A DNA stretch of 64,000 nucleotides from Sarea resinae (taxonomy: Eukaryota): assembly GCA_026026165.1 (NCBI GenBank), contig JAPEUD010000011.1, forward strand, positions 124,001 through 188,000, written 5' to 3'. The position numbers were made by a program, and so were the translations under genes. Shown piece after piece: positions 1 through 11,300 of this stretch; positions within the stretch are counted from its first letter, which is position 1; each line of letters opens with the position of its first letter. The notes beneath the pieces are model-generated. The model saw nothing but the letters and a program-made list of their open reading frames with translations. It searched no databases and had not been told where the DNA came from.

Positions 1-368
1 GAATCCCAAGGCTTTGTCGACATTCAAGAAGAGATCATCCAGATTCCTCTCAATGCGTGGCCCGCAGACCCTCAACAAAAGATTGTGGGTAGATGGTATA
101 ACCTAGGCCTAACGGAAGGTCTCGAGGCATATAGCTTAGGGCCTCTGACGAGGGTGTATAATTGGCCTGTTGGTGATGTACGGAGGCTTTGTGCAGAAGT
201 AAAGGCGCAAATGTGCAAAAAGAGTGTGCATGCGTACAACAACATGTGAGTCAACGTTCTGCCCCAAATCTCAGCTGCTACTTGATAGTATTTTTAAGAA
301 CAATGAACAAGAGAGCTAACGCTGACCCCTGAAAAAGTCATATCTGGACCGCAAGGCGACCTCAGTGA
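1..368 (+). CDS. laeA: 3' end of a LaeA-type SAM-dependent methyltransferase (partial; begins upstream of the window)
   Basis: Frame 1 reads ESQGFVDIQEEIIQIPLNAWPADPQQKIVGRWYNLGLTEGLEAYSLGPLTRVYNWP...HAYNN. A GT-AG intron lies at 246-337 (branch GCTAAC), then IHIWTARRPQ* (TGA 366-368). This matches the recalled LaeA C-terminus (WP..P..K.V.RWYNL...E..SL.P..R...W...HAYN..HIW.AR.P). Orthologue versus paralogue is not resolved. Confidence 0.75.
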
Positions 369-1386
369 TGTGCAGGTCCCGATGAATCCTGCGAGCGGTA
401 GTTAGATTGAAAAGAACCTTTGCATTGGGCGGTTTCAGTCGATTTATCATTTCGCAATTACTATTCCAAAATGCCGCAGCTACTTTCGATCGCAGCGACA
501 ACAGCGATTCCCTTCCATGCACAGAGGAGACTACCTCGAGCCCTAATCAATGATTGCGGCAGAGCGACCTTCTCAAAGAATGAGGATGAAGACAGAGGCT
601 TTGAGGCTGGAGCCGAAGACTGAGGGCCGCTTTACCAGACTCGTGCGGCTGCATCAGCATTCAACTCGAGCAGGCAATTGCTATCGGGGTAGCATATCCG
701 GACAGGCGGGGTGGAGGGGGTTTGGTGTGGTATGACATGGCGACTGTGGTTATGTGGTCGAAGGATACGGACAGTCGGGTGATCTCGACAATGAATTTAC
801 GGGTTAGGCTTGCGTTCTTGAACTTTCTTCCATGCACTCTAGCGACGGCGTTTTTCACAGGGGAGGTACAGGGGCCTTGTGTCCATACCCTGATAGAACC
901 TAATGTTTTAGACTGCGTGGGGGAGGGAGTAGGTGTTAGAGAATCTCGCAAAGCGCTGCGTTCAGCATGGCCGAAAATCATAAGCTTGCTTGGCGACTGG
1001 CTCGTGTTTAGCCTGTTGACGTAGTGACTGCATGTGGGCCTGCAGATGCTCCAGCCCCTCTCCTTAATATAGGATATCTTCATGATGCTTTCCTTCCCAA
1101 TATAAGAGGTCCGCAGGTACACTAAAGAACTCGGAATGGCTGCCGCTGGCGTTGGCGGGGGCGTCAATTGTAAAGCTCTACACTGGATGCTTCCATCTGT
1201 TGCGCACTGGACGCTGTTCTCTCCATGGAAGCCTTCGAGAATTCCGAGAGTAGAGGGCAAAAGCAGAAATTAAGCTCGCCGGGCGCTAAGCCGATACGAG
1301 ATTAGAGCTCCCACAATCGAAGGACTGGGATCAATATGGATTCCCATCTATCCGAAGTAGCTTCGTACTTCATGCCTCTTCATGCC

Positions 1387-1449
1387 TCTCCAACTCTCCA
1401 ACTCTCCAATACTCCAAGACTCCAAGACTCCAAGACTCCAAAACTCCAG
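1387..1449. repeat. Short tandem repeat of a 7-8 bp unit (ACTCCAAG-like, ~8 copies)
   Basis: ctccaactctccaactctccaatactccaagactccaagactccaagactccaaaactccag, upstream of the Trk gene. Confidence 0.8.
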
Positions 1450-1715
1450 CTGTGCTTGACCCCTTAGCAATTCCGCTCTGTCCATCCCTTTAGCCCTGTG
1501 ACCTGGCTATCGCAGCAAGGGACCTCAACCGCCCATCGCAAAGAAAACCCTGAAGGCTGGCGCGTGTCCGGGTCCTTTGTGTCCTCTCCCCGCTTGACAA
1601 TCCAGTCAACAACCCTGGCTCATTCGCATAAGCAGCCGGCCGTCTCCCCGACCGTCAAAGTGCATTCTTCAAAGAGCTGGTCTCAAGTACCTCGTCCCCA
1701 TTTCAAAGCCCGGGG

Positions 1716-4180
1716 ATGGTGGGTTCGTAGCATTGAAGCGCTTCGAATGATGGGATGCGAGCTAATCACAGTATACAGTCACACACTTGCGAGTCCGACC
1801 CCCCTTGCGCGTTCGTCAGTCATGCCGCGCTCTCTGCTCGCTCCTTCCACCCTTGAACTTCATCACTCTTCACTATGCTTATTTTATCACATTATGTCTC
1901 CTTGCGAGTGTCATATTTTGGGGAAGCTCGACACCGGCCCGCAGCGTCACCTATATCGACTCATTGTTCTTGACCGTAAGTGCCATGACAGGAACGGGCC
2001 TGAACACGATTAACCTGTCGACTCTGAACACATTCCAACAAATCATTCTCTTCTTTCTGATAATGATGGGTTCCGCCATACTCGTCTCTTCTATTGTGGT
2101 ACAAGTACGCCGGATGGCCTTCGAGGCCAAATTTCGCAAGGTTGTAGAAGATGAACGAGCACGAAAGAAGGCGAATTCTGGCCCAGGCTTGCAGATGTCG
2201 ATTCGAAACGTATTTTCCAGAGGCCAATCGCAATCTCGAGACCGTGTATCTAGTGCCGACGTCGCGCGACGTGGTTCTACGAATGGCGCTGAACGCCTGG
2301 AGGGGAGACTGTCTATCCAGCAGCTAGACGAGGTGGCCTCGAAAGAGACAGGGGCACCAGGCTCTCTTTATGTGAATTCCGAGGGTACTATGCCACCTTT
2401 AGACAGAGGACAGCAGACCTTTGGGGACCGCCGTGGAGATTTCTCCAATAGTATATCTCGAGCTGATGATCACATTGCGTTCTCTGAAGATACGCAATTC
2501 AAAATATTGCCTGAGAAGGGCTCTCACTCACACCGTCACTCTAGGGTCTTGTCTATGCAGGGTGTTGGTGCTAATCCGGACGCCACCAATACTAAGTTTA
2601 TGATTCGACCACCCAGTATCCGTCCAACAGATCCTTCTGATGAGGATACCGCCGAAAAATCACCATTCTTCATGGGAAGACTGTTCCCACAGTCTTACGT
2701 CGTGGGGCGGAATTCGCAATTCCATAATCTGACCCTCGCCGAGCGTGAAAGACTGGGCGGTGTTGAATATCGTGCCGTCACCCTTCTTGCCTATCTGGTT
2801 CCGGCTTATTTTGTTCTTTGGCAACTCCTGAGCTGTATTGGCTTGGGTGCTTTTATCGCGCATAACAGAGCCAGCACAACAAGGACAAACGGACTAAATC
2901 CATGGTAACGACAGGTGGCATTCTGTTTCAGCAAATGGACATTAACAGCCGACTATAGGTGGGTCGGCGCCTTTAACGCGATATCGGCATTCAACAATTC
3001 TGGCATGAGTCTGCTAGATGCGAATATGGTGAGGATCGAGCTTGTTTACACGTGTTCATGCTGTCATGCTAAGGTTTCGCAGATCGCTTTCCATAACGCT
3101 ATTTACATGCTGATTACTATGGGACTACTGATCTTGGCTGGCAACACTTGGTAAGAATACTGACCCAATGCCCTTTCTCTGCGGCTGATCCTCAAAGCTA
3201 TCCAATATTCTTGCGCCTGATCATCTGGACTTTACGCTCAATGTTGCCTCGTAACAAGAGCTGGTCCAGACGTCGAGAAACACTGCAATTCTTACTTGAC
3301 TACCCGAGGCGCTGCTATACCAACCTATTCCCTTCGGTGCATACATGGTGGCTACTCTGCTCGGTCGTAACGCTCAACTCGATAGATTGGGTCGCATTTG
3401 AGATCCTGAATGTACAGTCACCATCCTGACTGGCGTACTTGGCTAATCTCGCCATCATAGATTGGGAATAAAGCTGTCACAAGCCTTCCGGCCGGTATAC
3501 GCACAATCGACGGTCTATTTCAGGCGATAGCAGTCCGCTCCGGAGGTTTCTACGTGATTAACATCAGCTCTCTTCGCATCTCGTTGCAGGTCCTCTATGT
3601 CATCATGATGTACATTTCTGTATATCCAGTCGTCATAACGATGCGGAATTCAAATGTCTATGAGGAACGCAGTCTAGGAATCTACGCGGACGATCCCGTT
3701 CCGGAGAAGAGAAGCGATGATCAAGGGTCATTCTTCGGAATTTTGAAGAGTCGATGGTCGGGTCGCACCGTTGAAGAGACAAAGAGATATTTTGTGCGGC
3801 AGCAATTGCGCGCACAGCTTGCACATGACCTGTGGTGGATCGTCTTTGCCATCTTTCTGATCTGCATCGTTGAAGGCGGCCAATTCGAGCGGGATCCGGC
3901 TGTGTATTCGGTTTTTAATGTCATCTTCGAAACCGTTTCAGCGTACGGCTGTGTTGGCATCAGTGTGGGCCTTCCAAGTGAGAGCTACAGTTTTTGCGGA
4001 GGCTGGCATGTCCTGAGCAAACTTATTCTCTGCGCCGTCATGCTCAGGGGAAGGCATAGGGGTCTACCGGTTGCGATTGATAGGGCTATCTTATTGCCAG
4101 GAGACCATACAGAGGAGGCAGAGGAAGAGGATGCTCAGATTAGGAGGGAGAGGACACTGAGCAGAGGAACATTGGTATAG
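1716..4180 (+). CDS. Trk/HKT-family potassium transporter (multi-exon)
   Basis: Motifs LNFITLHYAYF, YIDSLFLTVSAMTGTGLNT, VGRNSQFHNLT..ERE.LGGVEYRA, SAFNNSGMSLLD, RSGGFYV, FETVSAYGCVGISVG, SKLILCAVMLRGRHRGLP. Inferred start ATG 1716-1718 followed by intron 1719-1771; further introns near 2905, 3029, 3151 and 3412. Confidence 0.93.
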
Positions 4181-4766
4181 AATGTCTGCAGGAGAGGGAC
4201 TAGCCATTATGGTCCAATAGCTAGAGTTTCAAAGAAGAGGATTCTCAAAGACGTCCCCTCATAGATATCCAAATCCTTAGAAGGCGGTAGAATCAACAAT
4301 ACTTGGCTCTGGAAAGTTCGATGCCCCTCGTACGAAGTACGTACTTCGCTTTTCGTGCATTACTGCGGTAAACTGTTGCACTTGTTGTGCTCGTCGCGCG
4401 GTGCCTGTGACGTAAGCGAATCAGGACATATTCCGAGCCACTCCGTGAACCTCACTGACCGTGACCTACCTTACCCACCCACCTTTCCTTATGATCAATT
4501 GTACCTTGGCTTGTACTTCAGTAGAAGGTCTACTTCTCTGACAATCTTTCACCAACGATTCAAGGATAGATCGGATTAGGCGCGGGCACACCTGTCCGAT
4601 AAATCAACACAGCCTTCCAGCGCAGACGCCTACGATCAGCCAGAAGCATATCACGCCTTGACGAAAAGAAGGCCTCCTCCTCTGTCTTCAATACGACCAC
4701 ACTCTCCCAACTACGCGGTTATCGACCGACCCACCTATCGCCGCACGCCGCCTCATCTTTGCCGCG

Positions 4767-5592
4767 ATGAGTCGTGAGAGACCGTTACGGGGGAGTTGCT
4801 CCTGCGGCAGAAACAGATACATCATAGAGATGCCGCAACAGTCGACCCAGGTGGCTCAAATATTTTTCGACAGCAGCAGCGCAAACCGTAAGTCTGAATG
4901 CCCCGGCTTTCCACCTATACGCCGTCTATCACTAAGAGCAATTTTACGCTGACAGCCGTCTTTTTCCCATAGGCCGTCACCAGGCCGCACCGCTGACCGC
5001 TTGGCTGCGTGTGCCTCTTGATTGGTATCATAGCTCCACGTACTCCTATTTCCCAGACGAGACGCACACCTCCATTCGCCGCGCCTACACGCCTCCTTCC
5101 TCCCCCAGTACCAAGCGGCAGTTCTGCGGGTACTGCGGTACCCCGCTCAGCTTCTGGACCGAGTCGTCGCGTGAGGAGGCCGACTACATTTCTCTGACGC
5201 TCGGCTCCCTGATTGGTGAGGATCTGAGAGAGTTGGAAGATATGGGGTTGCTGCCATTCGAGTCCGAAACAGAGTCTACAAGCTCGTCCATCGAGGGGAA
5301 GCGAGAAGCGGAGTTGGGAAGCGGCTCTGCTTCACCACGAGATGACACCACTGAAGCTTTGCCGTGGTTCGAGACCTTGATCGAGGGAAGTAGGTTGGGA
5401 AGGCTGGAGAAAAGAAGAGTTCGGAAGGTGGGGTTGCCTGGTGGGAGGTTGAGCGTTGAGTGGGAGATAATCGAGTGGGATGATGGTATCAACGAGGGGG
5501 GTGTGGATTCTGGAACGACGAAGAGGAAGATTGGCGACGTCGAGGGTGATGATGCCGACAAGGGAGATGTCGTTATGAGTGGAGGGCTGTGA
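4767..5592 (+). CDS. Conserved fungal protein with GFA/CENP-V (Mss4-like) Zn-binding fold
   Basis: LRGSCSCGRNRY in exon 1, intron 4888-4972, then RRHQAAPLTAWLRVP...KRQFCGYCGTPLSFW. The CxC...FCxxCGTPL pattern is typical of GFA-like domains. Confidence 0.75.
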
Positions 5593-6295
5593 GAGGGAAG
5601 AGGGAGACGGGCGTATTGGGTGGGATTCGAGGAAAAGGAATGCGTGATTCTGGCATCGTTGGATGGTGCGCGTATACGCGTATTGTGCTGTGTAGAGATT
5701 TCCTTGAAGTCGAGACGTGAAATATGATACTACAGCAAACATGCTATGTCAATAATATCATTCATCATGCGTTGCCAGCCTCATGAGTGAATCTGGTCTG
5801 GAGAACATTCTGCCGAAATATTGGGAGCCTAGGTAATAGACGTTTGGGACGCGTGGATGTGCTTACCAATTGATATTCGCTGGTTCACGTTGGATGAATG
5901 CGACGATATTCCTATTGATCAATGGAGCTGCTGAGTCACGATGCTGATGTTGTGCTACCATAACCCCGCAGCCGAGAGATACTTTCCTCATTCGGACTCT
6001 CGTGGAGATATGTTCAGTAATCAGCAACCATATAATCAGGAAGACATTACGCCGCCATGCTGACAGGCTGACAGGCTGACAGGCTGACATCTTTCGGGAG
6101 CAGCTCTTGAGCAATTTGTCAGAAACCATTGCAGAGATTAGACCCAGTAGAGTCACACTCATCGCTTTCTGGTTATGCCAGAGATTATTCGACCATTTCT
6201 ACGAGTCTTGGGACTTACGAGATAGCTTCGAATCAACTACCTGCTCTACTCACTACCTGAGTCCTTCTTTCTTGAGCTAAACCCTCACCAGCACC

Positions 6296-8165
6296 ATGAC
6301 ATCGGATTTGAGCATCTTGAGCGCTGAAATGTACGATGATAGCCATATAATCAAACAGCGCGAATTTTTCGCCGAGCGAGCGAGCAAAATGAATCTCTAC
6401 GGTGGCTTCGTCCTCGAAGAGAGCCCTCGAACGGGATCAGACTCGAGTGCCAAGCACAATCCTGAAACCACGTCGCGGAAAAGAGCACACCTTGAAGAAG
6501 ACGATGACACGTCTAGCAAGAAACAGAGGGGTAGGCCACGACTTGGGGACAAGGACGAGACTGCTGCCGAGGTACGTCTCTCATAAACATGCTTGCTGTC
6601 ATATTCGTGCTAACATGATGCCCTCGCAGCGACGACGGACGCAGATCCGAATAGCGCAGCGTGCATATCGTCAACGTAAAGAGACTACTATCTCGTCCTT
6701 GAATAATAAAGTCGAGAACCTCGAGAACATCATCGCGGAGATGAACGTGGCGTTTATGAAGTTCAATGATGCGGCGATGGCGTCAGATATTTTCCAGCTT
6801 AGGCCGCAGCTCGCTCGCACGCTCAAGGAGACGACCCAGAAGTTCATCTCCCTTATCCCAGCTTCTGGATTAGAATCCGAAACGAGTGATGATAGCCATG
6901 AGAGCTCACGAAGGAGCTCGAGTGGTTCGAAGGATGCGGAGGACGCGACGAGGACTCGAAGACGGAGTAGGAAGTCGAAAAATTCCCCTGAGCTCGAGCC
7001 AGAGTCAAATGTTCTTGCAACCGTGGACTCCTATGAAAAGTCACAGAAAAAGCAGTCGCGGGAGCGTGGTGTTCGTGCAGGTTCAGAGATACTCGCCTTT
7101 GACGGTTCACAGTTCACCTCGCCCGAGTTCAACCTTGTTAACCCCGACCCCGACGCCGTCTTCCAATCGGCAGAATATACCTGGCCCACCAACGCATACG
7201 GCCAAGCACTCATACCCTCTCCCAAGAAGACTTCTCTCCCGGGGCCCTACACTTTCTCCTTTCAGGAGACGACCTTTGCACGCCGTCTCCACCGTGCAAC
7301 CATAGAAACAGGCTACCATCTACTCTCGAATTCGGCAACTCCGCCCGAATTAATTGATCGGATTTTCAAGGTCGCGCTGCTTCGGTTTCCGCGCGACCAG
7401 ATCCTTGATTGTCTGCGCAACGCATTGCTGAAGTCCAACGAGGAGTCTTTTGGTAAAGGCTTAAACTGGCCTTGCGTTGGTGGTGCTGGAGCTGGAAACC
7501 ACTTCCCACGTCATCCGCAAACCGCGGCATGGGCGAATGGCAAGCCCAATTCTATAGGTCCCGTGGCTCGCAAGCAGCTGGAAATTGCAGCCGCGAATGG
7601 TATTGCCGACATCCCCGAGACTGAAGGCGAATGGTTTGATGCCGAGGACGTGGAGGGCTATCTTCGACATCGAGGGATCTTTCTCGATGGGCGCTCGTCG
7701 TTTGTAGAAGCTAGGATGCGGGACTCTGAGGACCCGGCGTCCGTTTACCACCCTCTGACCAGCGATAGCATTGTTTCCTCGGGGTCTCCATCCTCGACGT
7801 CGTCTCTATCTGATAGGCCTCGTTCTACAGGCCTCGAAGACCTCGACCCAATTTCCGAAGATGTGTCCTCGGCCAACGCCACGCCACCACTCTCTCATTC
7901 ACTTCCGTATTCCCCACATCAAACGACCGGCACAACAATGTCCATCGACTCCTTCAATTCCTCGTTCTCGGGCTCAGTGCCATTCTCCCAACAAGATCAT
8001 CTCCCTGTCACCATCTCCTCCTCCATGGCCTCGGCTCTCTCCTCGCTCTCGCCATTATCCTCACTCTCCGACCTTTCCAACCCCTGGGCCCTGAGCGACT
8101 TCGACCTCGGGGGCCTCGATATGGCTTTCGCAGCGTCCTCACCACTAGCAGCAGCGGCAGCAGCA

Positions 8166-8196
<31 letters not shown>

Positions 8197-8402
8197 AAAC
8201 GGCGCAGCCAGGGACCAAGCGCATTGCACACACGACCGCGAACGCAGCCGCCAGTCCGACGAGCAGGAGCACCAACATCCTCCTCGACGTCGACCGTCTC
8301 GTCAAGGAAATCATCCACGGGTCCGTCTGTCTGGGCGGCACGCCGGGCTACCGGCGCCGAGACGTCGATCGCGCGCTCGCTGTCGCCGTCGTCGGCTTCT
8401 AG
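6296..8402 (+). CDS. Fungal bZIP transcription factor
   Basis: KKQRGRPRL..DETAAE, intron ~6572-6629, then RRRTQIRIAQRAYRQRKETTISSL plus heptad leucines. Also the conserved TFSFQETTFARRLHR, EGEWFD..DVEGYL and C-terminal VCLG.TPG.RR.DVD motifs. Confidence 0.88.
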
Positions 8403-8634
8403 CCGAGCCATCTTGGGGCTTGGATTCGGGGTCTGGCGCGTTTGCTTTTGCCGTGGCGCGTGATTTTTGTGATGGTGTATGGGCGTTCTCACGGGGCTGC
8501 GTATGTGGGTTTTCTTTTTCTGGTTGGTTGGGGGATGCGTGGGTGTGGAGGTTTGGGTTTGAATGTTCACGACTATCACGTCTGCCTTGTACACGCCGAA
8601 AACAACGAGCGGAAAGAAAGGGGGGGAAAATGCG

Positions 8635-8690
8635 AAGGCAAAGGCAAAGGCAAAGGCAAAGGCAAAGAAAAAGTAAAAGTAAAGTTAAAA
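8635..8690. repeat. (AAGGCA)n microsatellite grading into (AAAAGT)n
   Basis: aaggcaaaggcaaaggcaaaggcaaaggcaaagaaaaagtaaaagtaaagttaaaa. Confidence 0.85.
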
Positions 8691-9139
8691 GGTTGATGTT
8701 GAATACTGACGGGCAGCGAAAAGTTGGCATGCTTCGTGTCTTCTTCATTCTTCTTTGTTTTTCTTTGATTTTCTTTGGGCTGCCTGCTGCTCCTCAATTG
8801 GGACCAGCCAGCCAGCCATCGAGCCAGCGAGCGATCGAGCAAGCGAGCTAGCTAGTGATCGAGAAAGAGAGTATGGGAGAATTATATATTCCATCTATCC
8901 TATTTCTATTTCTATTTCTATTTCTATTTCTTTCCTATCCATTCCCGCCATTCCCGCTATAGTATCAGGTTGGGTAGGATATGATGAGTTCGGGGGCCTC
9001 TGTGATACAAAACAATATCCCAATGAATGCTCGAGCCGGGATACAGGGACCGCCCTAAAAACCAGGTGCATAGTAAAAGGGATACACACACCACATTGTA
9101 CAATTACAAAACAATACAACACGGGCACAGTACCATGCC

Positions 9140-9140
<1 letters not shown>

Positions 9141-9173
<33 letters not shown>
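9141..9173. repeat. Poly-C/poly-G tract (33 nt)
   Basis: Uninterrupted C run in the convergent spacer between the bZIP and PAF-AH genes. Confidence 0.9.
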
Positions 9174-9302
9174 TTTTTCCGCCCCTGGTATTATGCCTCC
9201 CTCCTATCTCCTCGCTCCTATTCCTAGATTTCCTGGAATTTTCCAGAACTCCAGAATTTCTAGAACCTCTGGATTGGAGAAATGGAGAAATGGAGAAATA
9301 CC

Positions 9303-11300
9303 CTAACCACGCACCTCGTTGGCGACCACGACGTCGCTGGGCGGGAGATATGCCGTCTCGTTGTCGTCGTTGTCTTGACTCGGGCTCACGCTCGCGCTCG
9401 TGTTCGTGTGGAAGTTGGTATCTTCGGCGACAGCGGCGTCTGTGGGGCTGTGAGACGGAGATGGAGATGCGGATGGAGATGGAGAGGTGGTGGAAGAAAG
9501 GGGGATGGGCACCGGGATCCAGCCTCGGATTGTTTTGGGCGAGAGGGAGAGGATGGTGTGGTCGTGTTGGTTGTGGTGGTGGTGGAGCGATGATGATGAT
9601 GATGATGATGGTAGGGGTGTGTTCTGGGATGGGTCTGGAGGGGGAGGAGAAGGCTTGACGAGCACGAAGTCGGTTTCGGTCTCGGTTTCGGTTTCTTTTT
9701 CGTCTGCTGTTGTTGGTGTCGTTGATGCTAGGACAGCAGCGGCTTCAGCCTCACTCCTATGCTGTGTATCGTTTTCCTTTTTCTCGACTTCGACTCCGAC
9801 TTCGACGTCGACGTCGATGTCCACCACCCGGTCAGCCTCGACATCTACGTCGACGTCGGCAACGCGCATGCCGGACAGCCGGAGGACTTGCAGGATGGCG
9901 CGGGTGTTGAGCCAGAGCGTGCGTTCGGGTTCGTCGGCGTGGAAGAAGCGTTTCGTGGCCCAGGGGAAGAGGACGCCAAAGTCGGACTGCGAGAGGTGCG
10001 CGCTGGTGGCTGGGTAGAAGATGTGTGGAGGGTTGAAGGAGTGGGATGGGGAAGAGGTGGCGGAGGTGGTGGTGGACGAGGATGAGGATGAGGACGAGGG
10101 GGGTGAGAGGACGCGTTGGGTATATTTTAGATTTTGTGTCCATTTGTAGAAGGCTTCTGAGAGGATGGCGAGGAGCACGTCACCGCCTGGTTGCTGCTGT
10201 TTTTGCTGTTGTTGTTGTTGGTATTGCTGTCCCAAGGATGGTGGGGTGGAGTAGCACGGCATGGGTTTCTTCCAGAGATGTTTCGTGCTGGGCGCTAGGA
10301 GAGGGAGACACCATAGGTCTAGCAGGATGACGGGAGTGGTGCATGTGATCTGCTTCGTCAAAGGCGAAGCGGGTGGTGGCTTGTAGAGCGTCGTAGTCTC
10401 GTTGTTGTCGTTGCTGCTGGACGCAGCAGTCCCAGCGGCACTGTAAAAGACGGATTTGACGAATTGCACCATTGTCGCTGCGCCGAAGCTGTGGCCCGCC
10501 CAAGCTATACTGCCCGGCTCGCGGACCACCAGGGAGTCACGAAATCGCGCCAGGACAGCCGCAGCATCTTTGAGAGATTTGGGTGAAGCCCCACCGGAAG
10601 GAAGGAGCTCCTCGGTCGGGAATTCGCCGGAGTCCAATTTGAGTAATGCGGCGTGCACAAGGCCCAATTCCCACAGCCTGACCTCTAATTGCTCGTTCCG
10701 GCCATCCTCGACCTCCTTTGTGCGTGCATGCGCTAGGTGTCTGTAATCTACCGTTCGCGCTGGCGAGGATGCCGTCGCCGAGATGTGCGTGACTGGACAG
10801 CTGCCGTCGCGGTGTTCGGGCGCGAGGACCACGAGTCCGTGACTGGCGAGTGAGCCGCAGAGGTGCGAGTAGGCGTTTCGGGAGCCGCCTAGGCCATGGG
10901 AGAAGACGAGGACGGGCCAGCGACTTTGAGTCTCGGGGGGCTGAAGCAGGGGTGCCGAGTTCGACACCGGGATCGTGATGTACTGCAGTATATTGGGAAG
11001 ATAGGAAGATAGTTGGGCGAGAGTCGGACTGGCGCCTAGGAAGCGTGCGTAGGCGCTTAGATAGGACCGTTGAGGAGATGGAATCCAGTAGACGGCGGTT
11101 GATTTCGGGGGTTTCTTTTCGCAGGGGTAGAAGACGCGGAACTGCAGAGTTGTGATGTTGGCATCTGGACTTGGCGGCGTAGTTGATGGAGATGCCAGAT
11201 CCGAAACTGGAATTTCGACCTCGATGCTTCCGACGCTGTATGGGCCTCTGTAGGGGGGGAAAGCATGAACTGGGTTTAAGCGCGAGAAGAAGGATGCCAT
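9303..11300 (-). CDS. Platelet-activating factor acetylhydrolase-like alpha/beta hydrolase
   Basis: Long ORF with GPYSVGSIEVEIP, RVFYPC, PVLVFSHGLGGSRNAYS, PEHRDGS, nucleophile AGHSFGAAT, LDLWCLPL, HLSQSDF. Likely start MASFFSRLNP (ATG at 11300). Low-complexity C-terminus. Confidence 0.92.
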   Translation of the reverse strand: MASFFSRLNPVHAFPPYRGPYSVGSIEVEIPVSDLASPSTTPPSPDANITTLQFRVFYPCEKKPPKSTAVYWIPSPQRSYLSAYARFLGASPTLAQLSSYLPNILQYITIPVSNSAPLLQPPETQSRWPVLVFSHGLGGSRNAYSHLCGSLASHGLVVLAPEHRDGSCPVTHISATASSPARTVDYRHLAHARTKEVEDGRNEQLEVRLWELGLVHAALLKLDSGEFPTEELLPSGGASPKSLKDAAAVLARFRDSLVVREPGSIAWAGHSFGAATMVQFVKSVFYSAAGTAASSSNDNNETTTLYKPPPASPLTKQITCTTPVILLDLWCLPLLAPSTKHLWKKPMPCYSTPPSLGQQYQQQQQQKQQQPGGDVLLAILSEAFYKWTQNLKYTQRVLSPPSSSSSSSSTTTSATSSPSHSFNPPHIFYPATSAHLSQSDFGVLFPWATKRFFHADEPERTLWLNTRAILQVLRLSGMRVADVDVDVEADRVVDIDVDVEVGVEVEKKENDTQHRSEAEAAAVLASTTPTTADEKETETETETDFVLVKPSPPPPDPSQNTPLPSSSSSSSLHHHHNQHDHTILSLSPKTIRGWIPVPIPLSSTTSPSPSASPSPSHSPTDAAVAEDTNFHTNTSASVSPSQDNDDNETAYLPPSDVVVANEVRG

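Noticed and set aside
661..1260. 199-aa minus-strand ORF between laeA and Trk
   Set aside because: Non-ATG start, no recognisable motif or splice structure; probably spurious.
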